Assembly: GCA_000182565.2 (NCBI GenBank)
Contig: KQ257457.1
Source: Spizellomyces punctatus DAOM BR117
Lineage: Eukaryota
Length of the DNA stretch: 64,000 nt
Strand: one strand, 5' to 3'
The notes below the pieces were generated by a model. The model saw only the letters and a program-made list of their open reading frames with translations, was not told where the DNA came from and searched no databases. Position numbers and translations under genes: made by a program. The first letter of the stretch is position 1. Every line of letters begins with the position of its first letter. Of this stretch, positions 23,677 through 35,700 are shown piece by piece.

Positions 23677-24416
23677 CATAGTGTGGAGGTGATTGAAAAT
23701 GGCACTACATACATACAGAGGACCCATTATTATCCGGATTAATCCGGTTAATCATATCGCATAATCAGAACCCCCATCTATTGCTCAAAGCGGTGTGGCA
23801 TGCATATAATGTTTTTTTTTAAACTGCGGTGAGGTGCATGCCAAAGGTCTATAAAAGGGGGGCCTTTTGCTCCCTCTTCCCTCTTTCCTCTTTACCCATC
23901 CTCGACTCTCTAACCATCTGCGCAACTCTCATCGCGACTCGGTCCAATCATGAGAATGCAGATGTGGTGGTGTCAAGGACCTCGACCGCCCGACAGCAAC
24001 CGTGATCAGAACCAGCGGCAACCAATCGGATCCCATAACAAAACCTACTATTATGCTGCCACATTAGTTGAGCTTGGTTGGTATGTATCGATGGCATTTC
24101 TTGCATTTCTTGTCATCGGGTCATCTTCTGACATGCAGTTTTTTTCTCTAGTCTCCAAGCCTTGTCACTGAAAATCCTACAGCTTGCGAGTCTCCCCAAT
24201 GTTGCGAAGACTCTGGCTTCAATGCCATCAAGAGTTCTGGATCAAGGCCTAGTAGGGACCGCGTGTGGTGGTGGGCAGTTATCCGGTTAGAACCAACCGT
24301 TACGTATTGCGTGTATAATTGTCTAGTAGTAGCTTAGTTAGCTTTTCCGAACCGGTTGTCGCTGGTTTATTCCCTGGTGTAGTAGCTAGTGCCAGTTTCT
24401 GTCACCTCTACACTAT
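23677..24416. mobile_element. Non-autonomous DNA transposon (MITE-like, ~740 bp) with ~30-bp imperfect TIRs
   Basis: Left end ATAGTGTGGAGGTGATTGAAAATGGCACTA and right end TAGTGCCAGTTTCTGTCACCTCTACACTAT are inverted repeats. TAC flanks both ends (possible TSD). The first ~380 bp recur at 42487-43062. Confidence 0.75.
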
Positions 24417-24571
24417 TACATGAAGCATGATTTAATTGCCATTACCATGGCAACAATGTGACAAAGTGAAATCCAGCAATTGTGAGTTTGGTTGGCCAGT
24501 AGTAGAATCCGCAGATCCCGTCGCGCAAGCTTGAGAACGACGGTTTTTGCCATCGCCTTTGTTGCCTTTCA

Positions 24572-26973
24572 ATGTTATATTTTAGGAGCATCAGAGCAAG
24601 TCGGCCGGCCGCTCATTTACTCGGCAAACGTTGTCTCATGACTGCTTCCGGTCGCGGCCGGGCAACGACTACACCCAATCACAGCTCACACGCCGCCCGA
24701 CGGGTGATGGGTTTGTCGAGCCATCTGAGATCCACTGACTTGCCAAATTCAGGGGGAGTAGCAACGGTATGCTCAGGTGCGGATGTTTCCTGTGAGGGAT
24801 CTGGTGCTAATAGATTGAACTATGGACAGATGGCAACTTCTTCAAGCTCCTCAGGACAGGTCGAGGTCCGACACCAGAAGATGCAGTCTGTGCGACTGTT
24901 CCTGCTGAATCGTCCTAAGAGCTTGAATGTCCTCAACCGAAGCATGGTGAACAACATCGTGCCTCAACTTCAGGTGCTCAAGCTACTGTTGCAAGCATGT
25001 GGTTTTCAAGTCCTAATTCCTTGATTAGGTGTGGGAAGAATCAAACCTGTGCAAAGTCATTGTGTTGACGAGCGTGGAAGGACGGGCGTTTTGTGCAGGT
25101 GGCGATGTCAAGGCTCTAATTACGGGTGCTTTGTCGGGGAAACCTGAGGATCTGGCAGAGGCGCTCAAGTTTTTTGAGGAGGAGTATCAATTGAACCATC
25201 TGATTGGAACATTGAAGAAGCCGTTCATTAGTATCATGAATGGGATTACAAGTGGGTTTTGTGGAGAGTTTGTCATTTGTTGCAAAGACACCAATTTATG
25301 ATTTGCGCTCAACAGTGGGCGGAGGTGTTGGGTTATCGGTTCACGCACCTTTCCGAATTGCTACCGAGAACACTTTGTTTGCGATGCCAGAAACTGGCAT
25401 TGGGTTGTTCCCAGATGTCGGTGGTAGTTTCTTTTTGCCGAGGTTGGATGGAGAGCTGGGCACATTTTTGGGATTGACGGGGTGGAGGTTGAAGGGGGAG
25501 GAAGTATTGTGAGTACTTTTTTGACCACGTTCTGGGAATTTGGAAGTGTGGCGTAGATTGACCGTGGATTTGCTTGTGTGGAAAAAGTCAGGCTGGCATT
25601 GCAACGCATTTTATTCCCTCTGCACGATTGCCATCTCTCATGTCTCGTCTTGCCGAATTGGAGACAGATGAGCTGGATGTAATCAATGGTATCCTGGAGG
25701 AATTTGTTGGTAAGTTGTGGCAGCTATTCTTTGGATGCTATAGGCGTGGAATTCAAAGATTCTTTTTTTCTGTATCAAAGGCGACATCGAACCTTCAAAA
25801 TGGAATACATGGAGCCTAGGCGGACAGATTGGAAATGCCATTGACCGGTCAGTTGTAGCTGAGCCGATCTGCTAATAATGTTATCATTGACGATGTCAAC
25901 AGATGTTTCAAATTCAACACCATCGAGGAAATCATTTCTGCCTTAGAAAACGAGGCATGTATCCTCCCTGACTGATAAATATTTGATTCTACTGTCTAAT
26001 GTCACGATCGACTATTTAGAATACACCGTGGGCTGGTGAAGTTTTGGAAGAGTTGAAGAAGATGTCACCGACCAGTCTTAAGGTACATACCTTTTTGTAT
26101 GGATATCCTAAGATGCCCCTCCCTGACGAAATTAACCTGGTATTATTGTAGGTAACTCTTCAACAACTACGGAACGGGAGAAAGCTAGATCTTGCGTCCT
26201 GCTTCCGAATGGAGTATAACATGGCCCGAGAATTCCTGGTAGGAATACACGCGAGGGTAGGATGAGCTTCAGAGCACTGATCAACGGGCACCATGCATTT
26301 AGGATACACCCGACTTCTATGAAGGTGTCCGCGCCAAATTGATTGACAAACCCCCCAGAACTCCTAAATGGCAGCCGCCATGGGAAGAGATGTCCCAGCT
26401 CTCTCCGAGCATTGTTCAACGTTACTTCACTCCGGCAGCCCCTAGTCCAAGATCTGTGCCAAAAAACAGGTTCGTTGCATGTTATTTTCTGTGGCTTGGC
26501 ATCAGCGTTTCCTGATGGTCGGCCGGTAAGCAGTAGGATACCTTCGGAGAAGTTGCGCTTCTTGACCTCCTTAACTTATCATGACTACCCCCATCGAACG
26601 CTGTCCGGACTCCCAAGCGTTCATGATATTTATCGCGTTGTAATAGGTCAGTTTCATTGTCCTATAGTCCCTCGAATATAACGTTGACATGACGTACAAC
26701 CCGCCAGGAGAGGGCCGAAGAGGTCAGTCCCTCGCCGCCCCACAGACGAAAGAAGAGGTCGTCGAATGGCTCGAACAAAACTGGGGGGCATATGATTCCG
26801 GAGTCATCGGCTCGGAGCGACAGATGCTTCCCCAGATTGTGACCATTGAAGGAGGGTTCGGACGGGGAAAAGCGGGTTTGAGAGAAAAAGTTCTGTCAGT
26901 TTTGGACCGGTATGTTGAGGAGGTTAGCAAACCAGGTGTGCAGAAACGATTGGAATGGAAGGGACCTAAATAG
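24572..26973 (+). CDS. EHD3: Mitochondrial 3-hydroxyisobutyryl-CoA hydrolase (enoyl-CoA hydratase superfamily), about 10 introns
   Basis: Presequence. Motifs [84 protein letters not shown] and [13 protein letters not shown]. Confidence 0.92.
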
Positions 26974-27127
26974 GACGGTTCTGAGAGGTTGACGTAAGGG
27001 GCGATAGACGGGCTTTCCTATCTAGTGATGGGGAAGCGAGGGTGCGTTTTCATTATATACACTTTCTTTTCAGACATGAATAAAAAACGTCATCGTTTGC
27101 ACTTTCACAGTATCAGCGTGCCTAATG

Positions 27128-27721
27128 CTACTCATCATCAGCGGGCCTGGCGTATATTGGGCTAAAGGCATAGAATGCGGCGCTACAGCCAGCAGAAACA
27201 ACTGAAAATATGGTTGACAGGACGGCAAAGGCAATCCGTGCGTGATACGTCTTATCTACCTATCATGGAAACAAGAGCGCATGAGCACCAGTTACCGTAT
27301 CGCTAAACAGCTTTACTGGAGTAGTCAGTGGACCATACCACTTCAGCCTCCTGCACCACGTAACCCACAGGAACCTTTGGCAGATATCTCAAAGTCAGAA
27401 CGACTACCCCAAATACAGTGGCAGAGACAAGCGTGACGATAGATGTCCGTGAAACATTCCCGCTCGACGTTTTAGCAAATCTACCCCCGAATTTTTATTA
27501 CAATACCATCATACGGTTGATAATGACGCTGATACTCACGCACTACTGATCAAGAACGCAATAATACATGTCCCGCCTAGGAGAAGTGTAGTAAAGAGGG
27601 CCCAGCCAATGTTCAAGATACGTGGCGAGGGTAGCGTCGTTGCTTGCGCAGCTACTGGGGGTGCTTGGAAAACGAGTAGTAGGAGGAGAACCACGAGGGA
27701 AAAGTGCTGAGAGTGATGCAT
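27128..27721 (-). CDS. TMEM218: TMEM218-like ciliary transition-zone membrane protein (3 exons; introns ~27481-27539, ~27260-27338)
   Basis: Spliced translation ...RILNIGWALFTTLLLGGTCIIAFLISSA|FAKTSSGNVSRTSIVTLVSATVFGVVVLTLRYLPKVPVGYVVQEAEV|VDKTYHARIAFAVLSTIFSVVSAGCSAAFYAFSPIYARPADDE*. Three TM helices, an LP(K/R) motif, D....R and a C-terminal PIYA(K/R)P, as in TMEM218. Confidence 0.7.
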
Positions 27722-27856
27722 GCTAACAAACAGTTGTATAATGACCAAGGTAAAAAGAAACGGAAAAGAGGATGATCGCCGACCGGACGCGTTGATTCGT
27801 AAGCCGTCCGCAGTCTTTGGGAGTGTGAAACCAGCTTGCACTCTTCTCATTCCCCC

Positions 27857-29395
27857 ATGACATCCCGCGACGATTTCCGACCCGACCTTCCGCCCGAGCT
27901 CCTGACGCACATTCTAACCTTTCTCATTCCCACACCTCCGCGCCATCCACCAATCTGGGATGTCCCGTCAAGCAAAAACAGTCGAAATAACGTGGCACAC
28001 ATTCTCTTTCCTTTCCTCCTAGTCAACTCGGCATGGTTTCACGCTACATCCAAACTATATTGGAGAACTCAAGTCTGCGACTCAGGTCCGAAGACCGAGT
28101 GGGCGTTGAGGGTTCTTCGGTGGTCGAAACATGGGGAAACCTTGGGAACATACCATGCACACCTTCGTGAATTGCATGTGGGTGAACGTACACCCAGGCC
28201 TGCTCGCGAGTCCCCACTCAACTGGAAGGTCTCAATGGACGTTGTCGTCAAACTGATTCGAATATCCGCATTAACGCTGACGAGGTTATGTGTTTCAGAG
28301 GCACGAGTACAGGGTGACTGGGAAGGACGGAAAAAGGATTCAATGTCGACTGTATGGGAATGTGTTTTGGGGATTGAGATGCCCTGTTTGAAGAGCTTCA
28401 AGTTGGTAACGACTTGCTCGGATATGGTTTTGAGACAGAGTGCAAGTCATAGAATACAAAGGCGGTCGGAACCTCTTGGGATTATAGATCTGGAACTGAC
28501 AAACCTCGCTGGGATGATCTCGGATGAAACCATCATTGGCATTATTACCATCATGCCACACCTCCGCACTCTCTTCCTGTCCCGTACCTCGGCAACGGAT
28601 GTTGCTCTAACAGCGCTTTCAACAACCTGCGGTCAGTCGCTACGTCACCTCTCGTTACACGCCGCTGGGTCCGTTCAAACAGAGTCCCTCAAATCCTTTT
28701 TGGAACATACACCCAATCTCCGCACTCTAAATATTCCGAAAATATCTCCAATTGCCCAATCTCTTTCGTCACCTTTTGATCCATCCGTTACTCGCCTCGC
28801 ATGGTCCGATGACCTCCTCTTATCCCTCGGTGAATCCTGTCCGCATTTATCGACACTCGATCTGGACATGTGGAACATTACACCCCCAACACTTGAAAAA
28901 AGTCTTCAGAAACTTCCTATAGAGAATCTCAGGCTCTATAAACTTGGGACGCCCTTGCAAACCCTTCCTTCTCTCCCGCATACCCTAAGAATGTTTATCG
29001 CCCATTATACACATCTAGCATCCTCCATTGAATCGGTTAATCAGAGTATGGGGATTCTTGCCGGGTTGCCAAATTTAACCTATCTGAATGTGACGGATAG
29101 AGTGAGGAGACATAAAAAGGAGTTGGGGACTGCATTTATCGTTCGTGTCGCATTCTCATTACCGAGTGTTGAATTTGTTATTGGCCATGAGTGTGGGGGA
29201 GATGCTTTTGGTGAGTATGCCAAATCCTGGGGATTTGAGAGAAACGGGGTAGTATATGATAAAGACGGGCTGGAGATGGTGAGGAAGTATATCAGTGCCT
29301 ATTTTCCGGGTGTGGATGGTACCAGATCCGTAGGGAGGGAGGAAGCTAGGGATATTGTCAGAGAGATGGCGGCGGCAACTGACGAAGTGGAGTAA
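27857..29395 (+). CDS. F-box/LRR protein, intronless
   Basis: F-box DLPPELLTHILTFL...LLVNSAWF. LRRs MPHLRTLFLSRTSATD, TPNLRTLNI, CPHLSTLDL and LPNLTYLNV. Confidence 0.85.
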   Translation: MTSRDDFRPDLPPELLTHILTFLIPTPPRHPPIWDVPSSKNSRNNVAHILFPFLLVNSAWFHATSKLYWRTQVCDSGPKTEWALRVLRWSKHGETLGTYHAHLRELHVGERTPRPARESPLNWKVSMDVVVKLIRISALTLTRLCVSEARVQGDWEGRKKDSMSTVWECVLGIEMPCLKSFKLVTTCSDMVLRQSASHRIQRRSEPLGIIDLELTNLAGMISDETIIGIITIMPHLRTLFLSRTSATDVALTALSTTCGQSLRHLSLHAAGSVQTESLKSFLEHTPNLRTLNIPKISPIAQSLSSPFDPSVTRLAWSDDLLLSLGESCPHLSTLDLDMWNITPPTLEKSLQKLPIENLRLYKLGTPLQTLPSLPHTLRMFIAHYTHLASSIESVNQSMGILAGLPNLTYLNVTDRVRRHKKELGTAFIVRVAFSLPSVEFVIGHECGGDAFGEYAKSWGFERNGVVYDKDGLEMVRKYISAYFPGVDGTRSVGREEARDIVREMAAATDEVE

Positions 29396-29740
29396 ATGTG
29401 TTAACAGATCAACCTGCTCCAAACATGACTGAAAATCATCACCTTGGCACACAAGAATATATCAGAAGAGGTCAATTCTTTTATTTGTTCAAAAAATCAA
29501 ATTTCATTTTCCCATTCATCTCTACAAATGATGTTCTTTGCTACATTCTTCTTCAAGTCAAAACCTAGGTCTCACAACTACGAAAACCTCTATCTCAAAA
29601 AACAAAATCATAAAAGTTCCCTTACGGGAATCACACACACACACAAACAATCAAACACTCATAGAAATATCAACAGCTCCTTTCTACAATACTCTACAGT
29701 TTTTTGTTCGAGCTCAGCTCTTCTTCAACTCTACCATCGT

Positions 29741-32700
29741 CTAGTTTTTGTAAACGACCCTACGCTTCAAACGACGCCCAGTGATGGCTGGGGCCGTAGT
29801 CGTAGCGGCTGCCGCGGCGGGCTGCGCGGATTGCGCTGATGGAGCAGGAGCGGGAGCGCTTCGAACTGGTGCAGGCGCTGCACTAGTCGCAGCTGGTGCA
29901 GCCGAAGGAGTCGCAGATGGAAGCGCTGAGGTGACGGGGATAGCGCTAGTGACGGCGGTACTGCTGGGAACAGTCGCATTGTTGGGCGTCAAACTGAAAT
30001 TAGCAGGGACGTTGAAAGGATCCAGTCCGTAATCAGCAAGACTGAGTTGAGGTGTACCGGCCGCCATAAAGTTTGCACCGCCCAACTGTGGAGGACCAAT
30101 TCTGACTTGCTGAGGTATACCCCCGAGAATCTTGTTTGCTTCGTCAACCAAAGGCTTGATGAAGGGTAGGTTCTCAAAGTTGATGAAAGGCAAGTTGAGG
30201 GCCTTGCCGAATAGATCGATCGACGTCTTGGTCAACAAGGCCGCAAGAATTGGAAGAAGAGAGTTACCCAAGAACCGTTCCGTGAAAACAATGGACATGG
30301 CTTGAGTGAACCAGGTGATCGGCTGGTTGTTCTTATCAAGGACCACGATCGCCAACGAGTACGCTTTCGGGTTGAACAGGTTTTTGATCATGTCAAAGAA
30401 CTCAGTGATCGCCTTGAGCGGGTTCAAAATGTTGGTAATCGTGTCTCGGATGATCGTCTTGATGTCGAAAGGCAAAAGGACAGAAAGAACAAAGTTCCGG
30501 GTACCCTTTGTCGCACCACCTTCGGGAGCATTGAGAATCTCCGCTTTACCATTGGTAGCCAGGCGAATGAGATCCTTGCCGCCGTTTTTGACATCAATAC
30601 GGGCAGTACCAATATCAAGATGGAAGGACCAGTAGTTGGGCCACCAGAGCTCAACACCGAACGGCAATGGCGCCAATCCTTCTGACTGGATCGGTTTGAC
30701 GGGAACGGGAAGGTTAACGTGAAGCGGCTCCCAGAATGTGAGATCGGGACAAAGCATGGCAAGTTGGTCCATCGGGTCGAATGTCGCCCCACTGCTCCCT
30801 TGAATCTTTGCGTAACCCATGTAAGCATGTTGAGAAAAGGACTTCCAAGTGAACAGGTACTGCAACGCTTCGTAGAGTGGTTCGATAAGACCGGTCTGAG
30901 GGTTGACATCCGTGATAATGGCAATCTTAAAGTATAAAACTCCTTTGCTGTCCAATTTCATGTCCCAAATCTCAATGTCCGAAACGTGGTAGAGAGGTTC
31001 CTTTCCGCCAACCTTGTAGTTAATTTGCGCAAGGACCTTTTGGAACTTCAAGTTGAGCGGAAGCGTGGCATTGAGAGGAATGAACACCTCGGCGTCGAAA
31101 CCACGTTGAGACATCTCCGCTTGGATTCGGTAAATTTCAATGACATTGGCGTCCATACTCTTTTTGAGACTGTTGAAAATGGGTTCCGTCTGGATCGTTG
31201 CGGCAACCTTGGAAAGAATCTTGAATGGACGATCGCGCGTACCAAACAAGATATTTTTGACTGTTGCCGAGTAGACCATGGCACTGTAGGGCCGGTGGAA
31301 TACCAAATCACCGAAAATGGGTCCAAACTTGCCGACCAGGACAGCATCCTTGAGCATCTTGATACCAACATGTCCACCCAACTGTCCGTCTTTGAGGGCA
31401 ATGTTTTCCACCAAGGGGAAGACAAAGTCACGGTTGTCGATAGCGACGCCAAGCTCTGCGTAGGGGAGGTTGAGACCGAACTGACCATTGTTGGGAGAGT
31501 GACCGGCAATGTTAATGGACAACGAGTCTTGACTGACGGCATCCACATCGATTCCATCCAAGCCCCATCCCGCAGGCAACTTCATTGACATCAAATTGGA
31601 AATGATAGGCTCAAGGATCTTCTTGGCAGCATCGATGAAAGGTTGAATCTTTGTTCCAATAAGTGCCTTGGAAAACGTATCAATGCTGTCGCCCTTGCTC
31701 ACACCAAACACCAGTTGAGAAACACCGGCTGTATCGTCCGTAGCCGTACCAGCAAGAACATGGTTAACAATATTGGCGATAATATCGGCAATTTCGTCCG
31801 TGTCATTAATGTTCATTTCCAATAGAAGGGCGAGACCAAGTGCTCCACCATTACTCTTAATCTTGACACCATTTGCTAGTTCCACACCCGCCAACCTGCG
31901 TTAAAAGAAACCCCATCAGCATATATGACACGAAAAAAATCTGATCCTCTTTGATGACACTCACTGTTTGCCATTCAAAGCCACTCCAGTCGACACATAT
32001 CCAAGATCAATATCAGCATTCAGCGTCAAATTCTTCAACCCGATATCAACATCCGCGATAATCTTTCCAGGTTGTCCAAGATCAAGAATAGCTCTACGCA
32101 GGTCAATCATACTCATGAGAACTTCTGGAGTCATCTTGCTAAAGTCGATGCCAATCAAGCTGCCAACAAGAGAGAGGAGACTACCAGAGTCTTGGCCACT
32201 ACCGCCCAAGAGGGTTTTGGCTGCAACACCAACCCGAGCCTTGCTGAGAGCCTTGATCGAGTCCTCTTGGCTGACTCCAAGCACAATCTTGGCAAAGACC
32301 AACCGTTGGGCCATATTGGCAGGATTCTTGAGCATGTCGTCAAAGAATCTTGCAACAATATCCTGCACATCATTACTGGCGGGGAAGTGCAAGTCGGCTC
32401 CAATGTTGATATTGTTTGCACCAGGTGCAATGCTCAGACCCGTGATACTAGCGTCAAACACATCCGGCGCAGCCTTATCAGACTCATCAATAGCAAAGCT
32501 GAGGGCAAAGTAATTCAATCCCTTGATCGTGAACGGGAAGTTGCTACTGAATCCAGCCGAAACACCAGCATGGATCTTGCGTCCAGCTTCCGTCTTGGCA
32601 ACAATGTTCGAGAGACGAAGTCCAAGAGCTTTGATCAAGTCTGCAGGGTTACCAATGTTGATTCCACCCGTGATGCCACGGAGCATACCCAAGAGTGTAT

Positions 32701-35700
32701 CGAACGGAATAGGGATCTTGGCCTTGCTAAAGGCACGGAGGTAATTGTCCGCACTGGCACCAACCCCAAGTCCATCGAGTATCAAATTGCCTTGAATACT
32801 GCCCTGCCTCAAAATCACATCGAACAAGACAGCAAGCTTCATGGCCAGTTCCTCAGAGTCGTGTATCTTCAGACCCATACCAAGTGCCAACGCCGAACTG
32901 GTACCGTTCGTACCAGCCGTTGTCTTCAATCCAGTCATCTTCAAGTCCATAGCCGCCGTACGGTCCAATCCAAGGTTAACAGCGAAATAGGGGATATCAA
33001 GAGTGAGAGGGAATCCGAGCTGGACGTTGAGACCAATACCAATGTCGATAGCCTGGGCCGGTTTGAACTCAACATCGCCCTTGGTGATGGCAAGGTGAGC
33101 ATCTCCAATAATTGGGTTCTTGACATCAATAGCAATGACTCCTTGGGGAGTCACAGAGATAGTGAACGATGTTTGACCAAGGTTGATACCGGCAAGTAGA
33201 GGCTGCAAGACAGGGTCGAGTCTCACAGGAATGACACATTGGCTCAAAGCCTACACGACCAAAAACACAAGTCAAAATCAATAAGAATCTCAAAACACAG
33301 ACCACTCTGTTATCCAAAAACTCACCGCAATGGCATCGCTGGGAGTTGCACCAGCAACAAGTCCACCAAGCTGTAATTCTCCAGGGAACCGCTTGGTCGT
33401 AGCGTATTGCATCACATAGTCCGCAACCATCTCAGCCAATTTATCCGAGTCTTGCACTTTAACGTTGGCGTCCAATCCAAATTCCATAGCTTTGGTCAAT
33501 GATACACCCGTCATCGTCATATCCACCAATGGGACCTTGTCCATCTTGACATCACCAGCGCGCACATATGGTACATTGGCGGCCAGCTTGATGGGTAAGT
33601 TCAGACCAGGAAGAACAGCACCGAGGCCAAGGTTGAGGAGATTGTCCGGGGTGAAACCAGCCAGCAAGCGACGGATCTGAATGGCGGACAAGTTTCCGGA
33701 TTGGATAATGTTGCCAAGAAGCTTGCCAATGTCGAACCGGTCGGACCCGACAAACGTGTCCAATGGGATAGCTGCATTGATTCCGCTAAAGGCCTCAATC
33801 TAGAAAAAAAAAACAACAAAAAAATGCTCAGAAATACCGCAAACGATCCTCCACGCAATATGCAAAAATTCAACATACCACATCCGTCTGACTGAACCCA
33901 AACTGCAAGTTACTAATTCCAGCAGTACTATCCAACTTGCCGCCCCCAAAGTAATTGTTCACAGCCTTGGCAAGCGCAGCGGGGGTACTATCATTCTCAA
34001 TGATTTGAATGCTCGTGTTCAAAGCGAGATTGACAACTCCATTGTTTGGTGCAATAGTCACTGGCAGTCCAGCGCGAGCCAATGGAGCATTGTTGACACT
34101 AACATCCGCTCCGGCCCACCCGGCCTTGACGAGAACGTTGAAGCCAAGTTTCACACCTGCTACACCGTCCACGCGGATCACCTTGTTGGGAAGGATACCG
34201 ACGGCCAAATCACCGGTCAAATCACTAAAGCTAAAGAAATTGCTGCCCTTGAGGGTCTCGCCCAGAGGAATCTTGATACCGAGACCAGGAAGAATGGTAT
34301 CCAGCTTTAATGGTGCATCAATCTTGGAGAAAGCAGTAATGACATCCGTGGCACTGAATCCAATGGCAACCTTGCGGAGATTCATGATGGCAGGGTCCTC
34401 TTTGCCACTCAAGATGTGGTTCACGACATTGTTCAATTGAGTTTTGATACCTTCACCCCCGTAAAACTGGATAGTCGTGTTGACATCCAAATTACTAGCG
34501 CCGTCCTGACCAGCCGCAATCTTGACCGGTAAAGCCATAGACAAGAGCGTCTCAGAGTTCATTCCAACTTCAGTGGCAAGGTGGGGAAGGTTCAGGTTGA
34601 CACGGAACGGAAGCGTGAAGCCAGCCTTGGCTCCAACCGCAAGTCGCTGCGTCGGCAAGGTTTCCAAACTCACATCGGCAATCTTGGCATTCAACTTTCC
34701 AGCAACCTGGCCGAGTTCGATAGGGACCTTCATGCCAGCCAACGCAAGAACTTGAGCCAATTTCACCTTGGCATCAACCTTGTTCAACACTGTCAAGTAG
34801 TCCGTTTGAGAGAAGCCGAATTTGATTCTGTTCAACCCAGCACGTCCGTTAAGTTCAGGGCCGTTCAAAGCCTCAGTAACAATGGTAGAGATATCGGTTT
34901 GCGTCGCTTCGGTATCAATAAACTGCAAAACGGTAGCCAAGTTGATCGTTTTTCCGCCAAGAGCCAGATTGGCCAACGAAAAAGTAACCAAGTCATTCAC
35001 GTTTCCACTATTTTGCGCCGAGACGCCAACAAACGAACTCAAGTACCCAATCTTGGCCGAAATATCAAAAGGAAGACCCAAATCAACCGCAGCCGAGACG
35101 TTCAGAGATTTGTTGGGCACAGCACCAACATCGACCGTTCCGCCTCCAAGAACGACACTACCAAACTTGCTGAGATCAAGAGGGAAGGACACCAACCCAC
35201 TCGTCAAATCATCCAATCCAAGACTAATCTTTGCTTTAGCCAAAACGGTAATCACATCCGCATCAGATGCCGATGACCCAAAGACGAGACCGTCAACGCC
35301 AGCAGACATGTCCAATCGGTTCGAGTTCAACGCCCGATCAACAAGACTAGCCACATTCTCCTGTGTCTGCTCATTGTCGATGAAGACAAGGTTGGTCGAT
35401 ATGTTCAAGTTGTTGCGCTTGTCACCCAAGGAAGTTAGAGCAAGAGGTTGCGTCAAGGCGAGACGGAGCAAAGGAGCTTCGCCAACAGTAGCGCGAGTAA
35501 AAAAGTATCCAGTCTTGAAGGTCAGACTGATGGGTAGAGGCATCGTGAACCCAAGGTTCGCTCTCGCGGCAATAGTGTTCTGAGGCGCAGTCTCCACTCC
35601 AACGTTGGCAACCTTGAGATCCAAGTTGGACGCCACTTGACCAAACTTTAGAGGAAGTTGCACGCCCATTTGGTTCAAAAGACGAGTCAGATCCAAACGA

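Noticed and set aside
23677-24416. Classification of the TIR element as CACTA
   Set aside because: CACTA occurs at the 3' end and TAGTG at the 5' end, the reverse of true CACTA termini.
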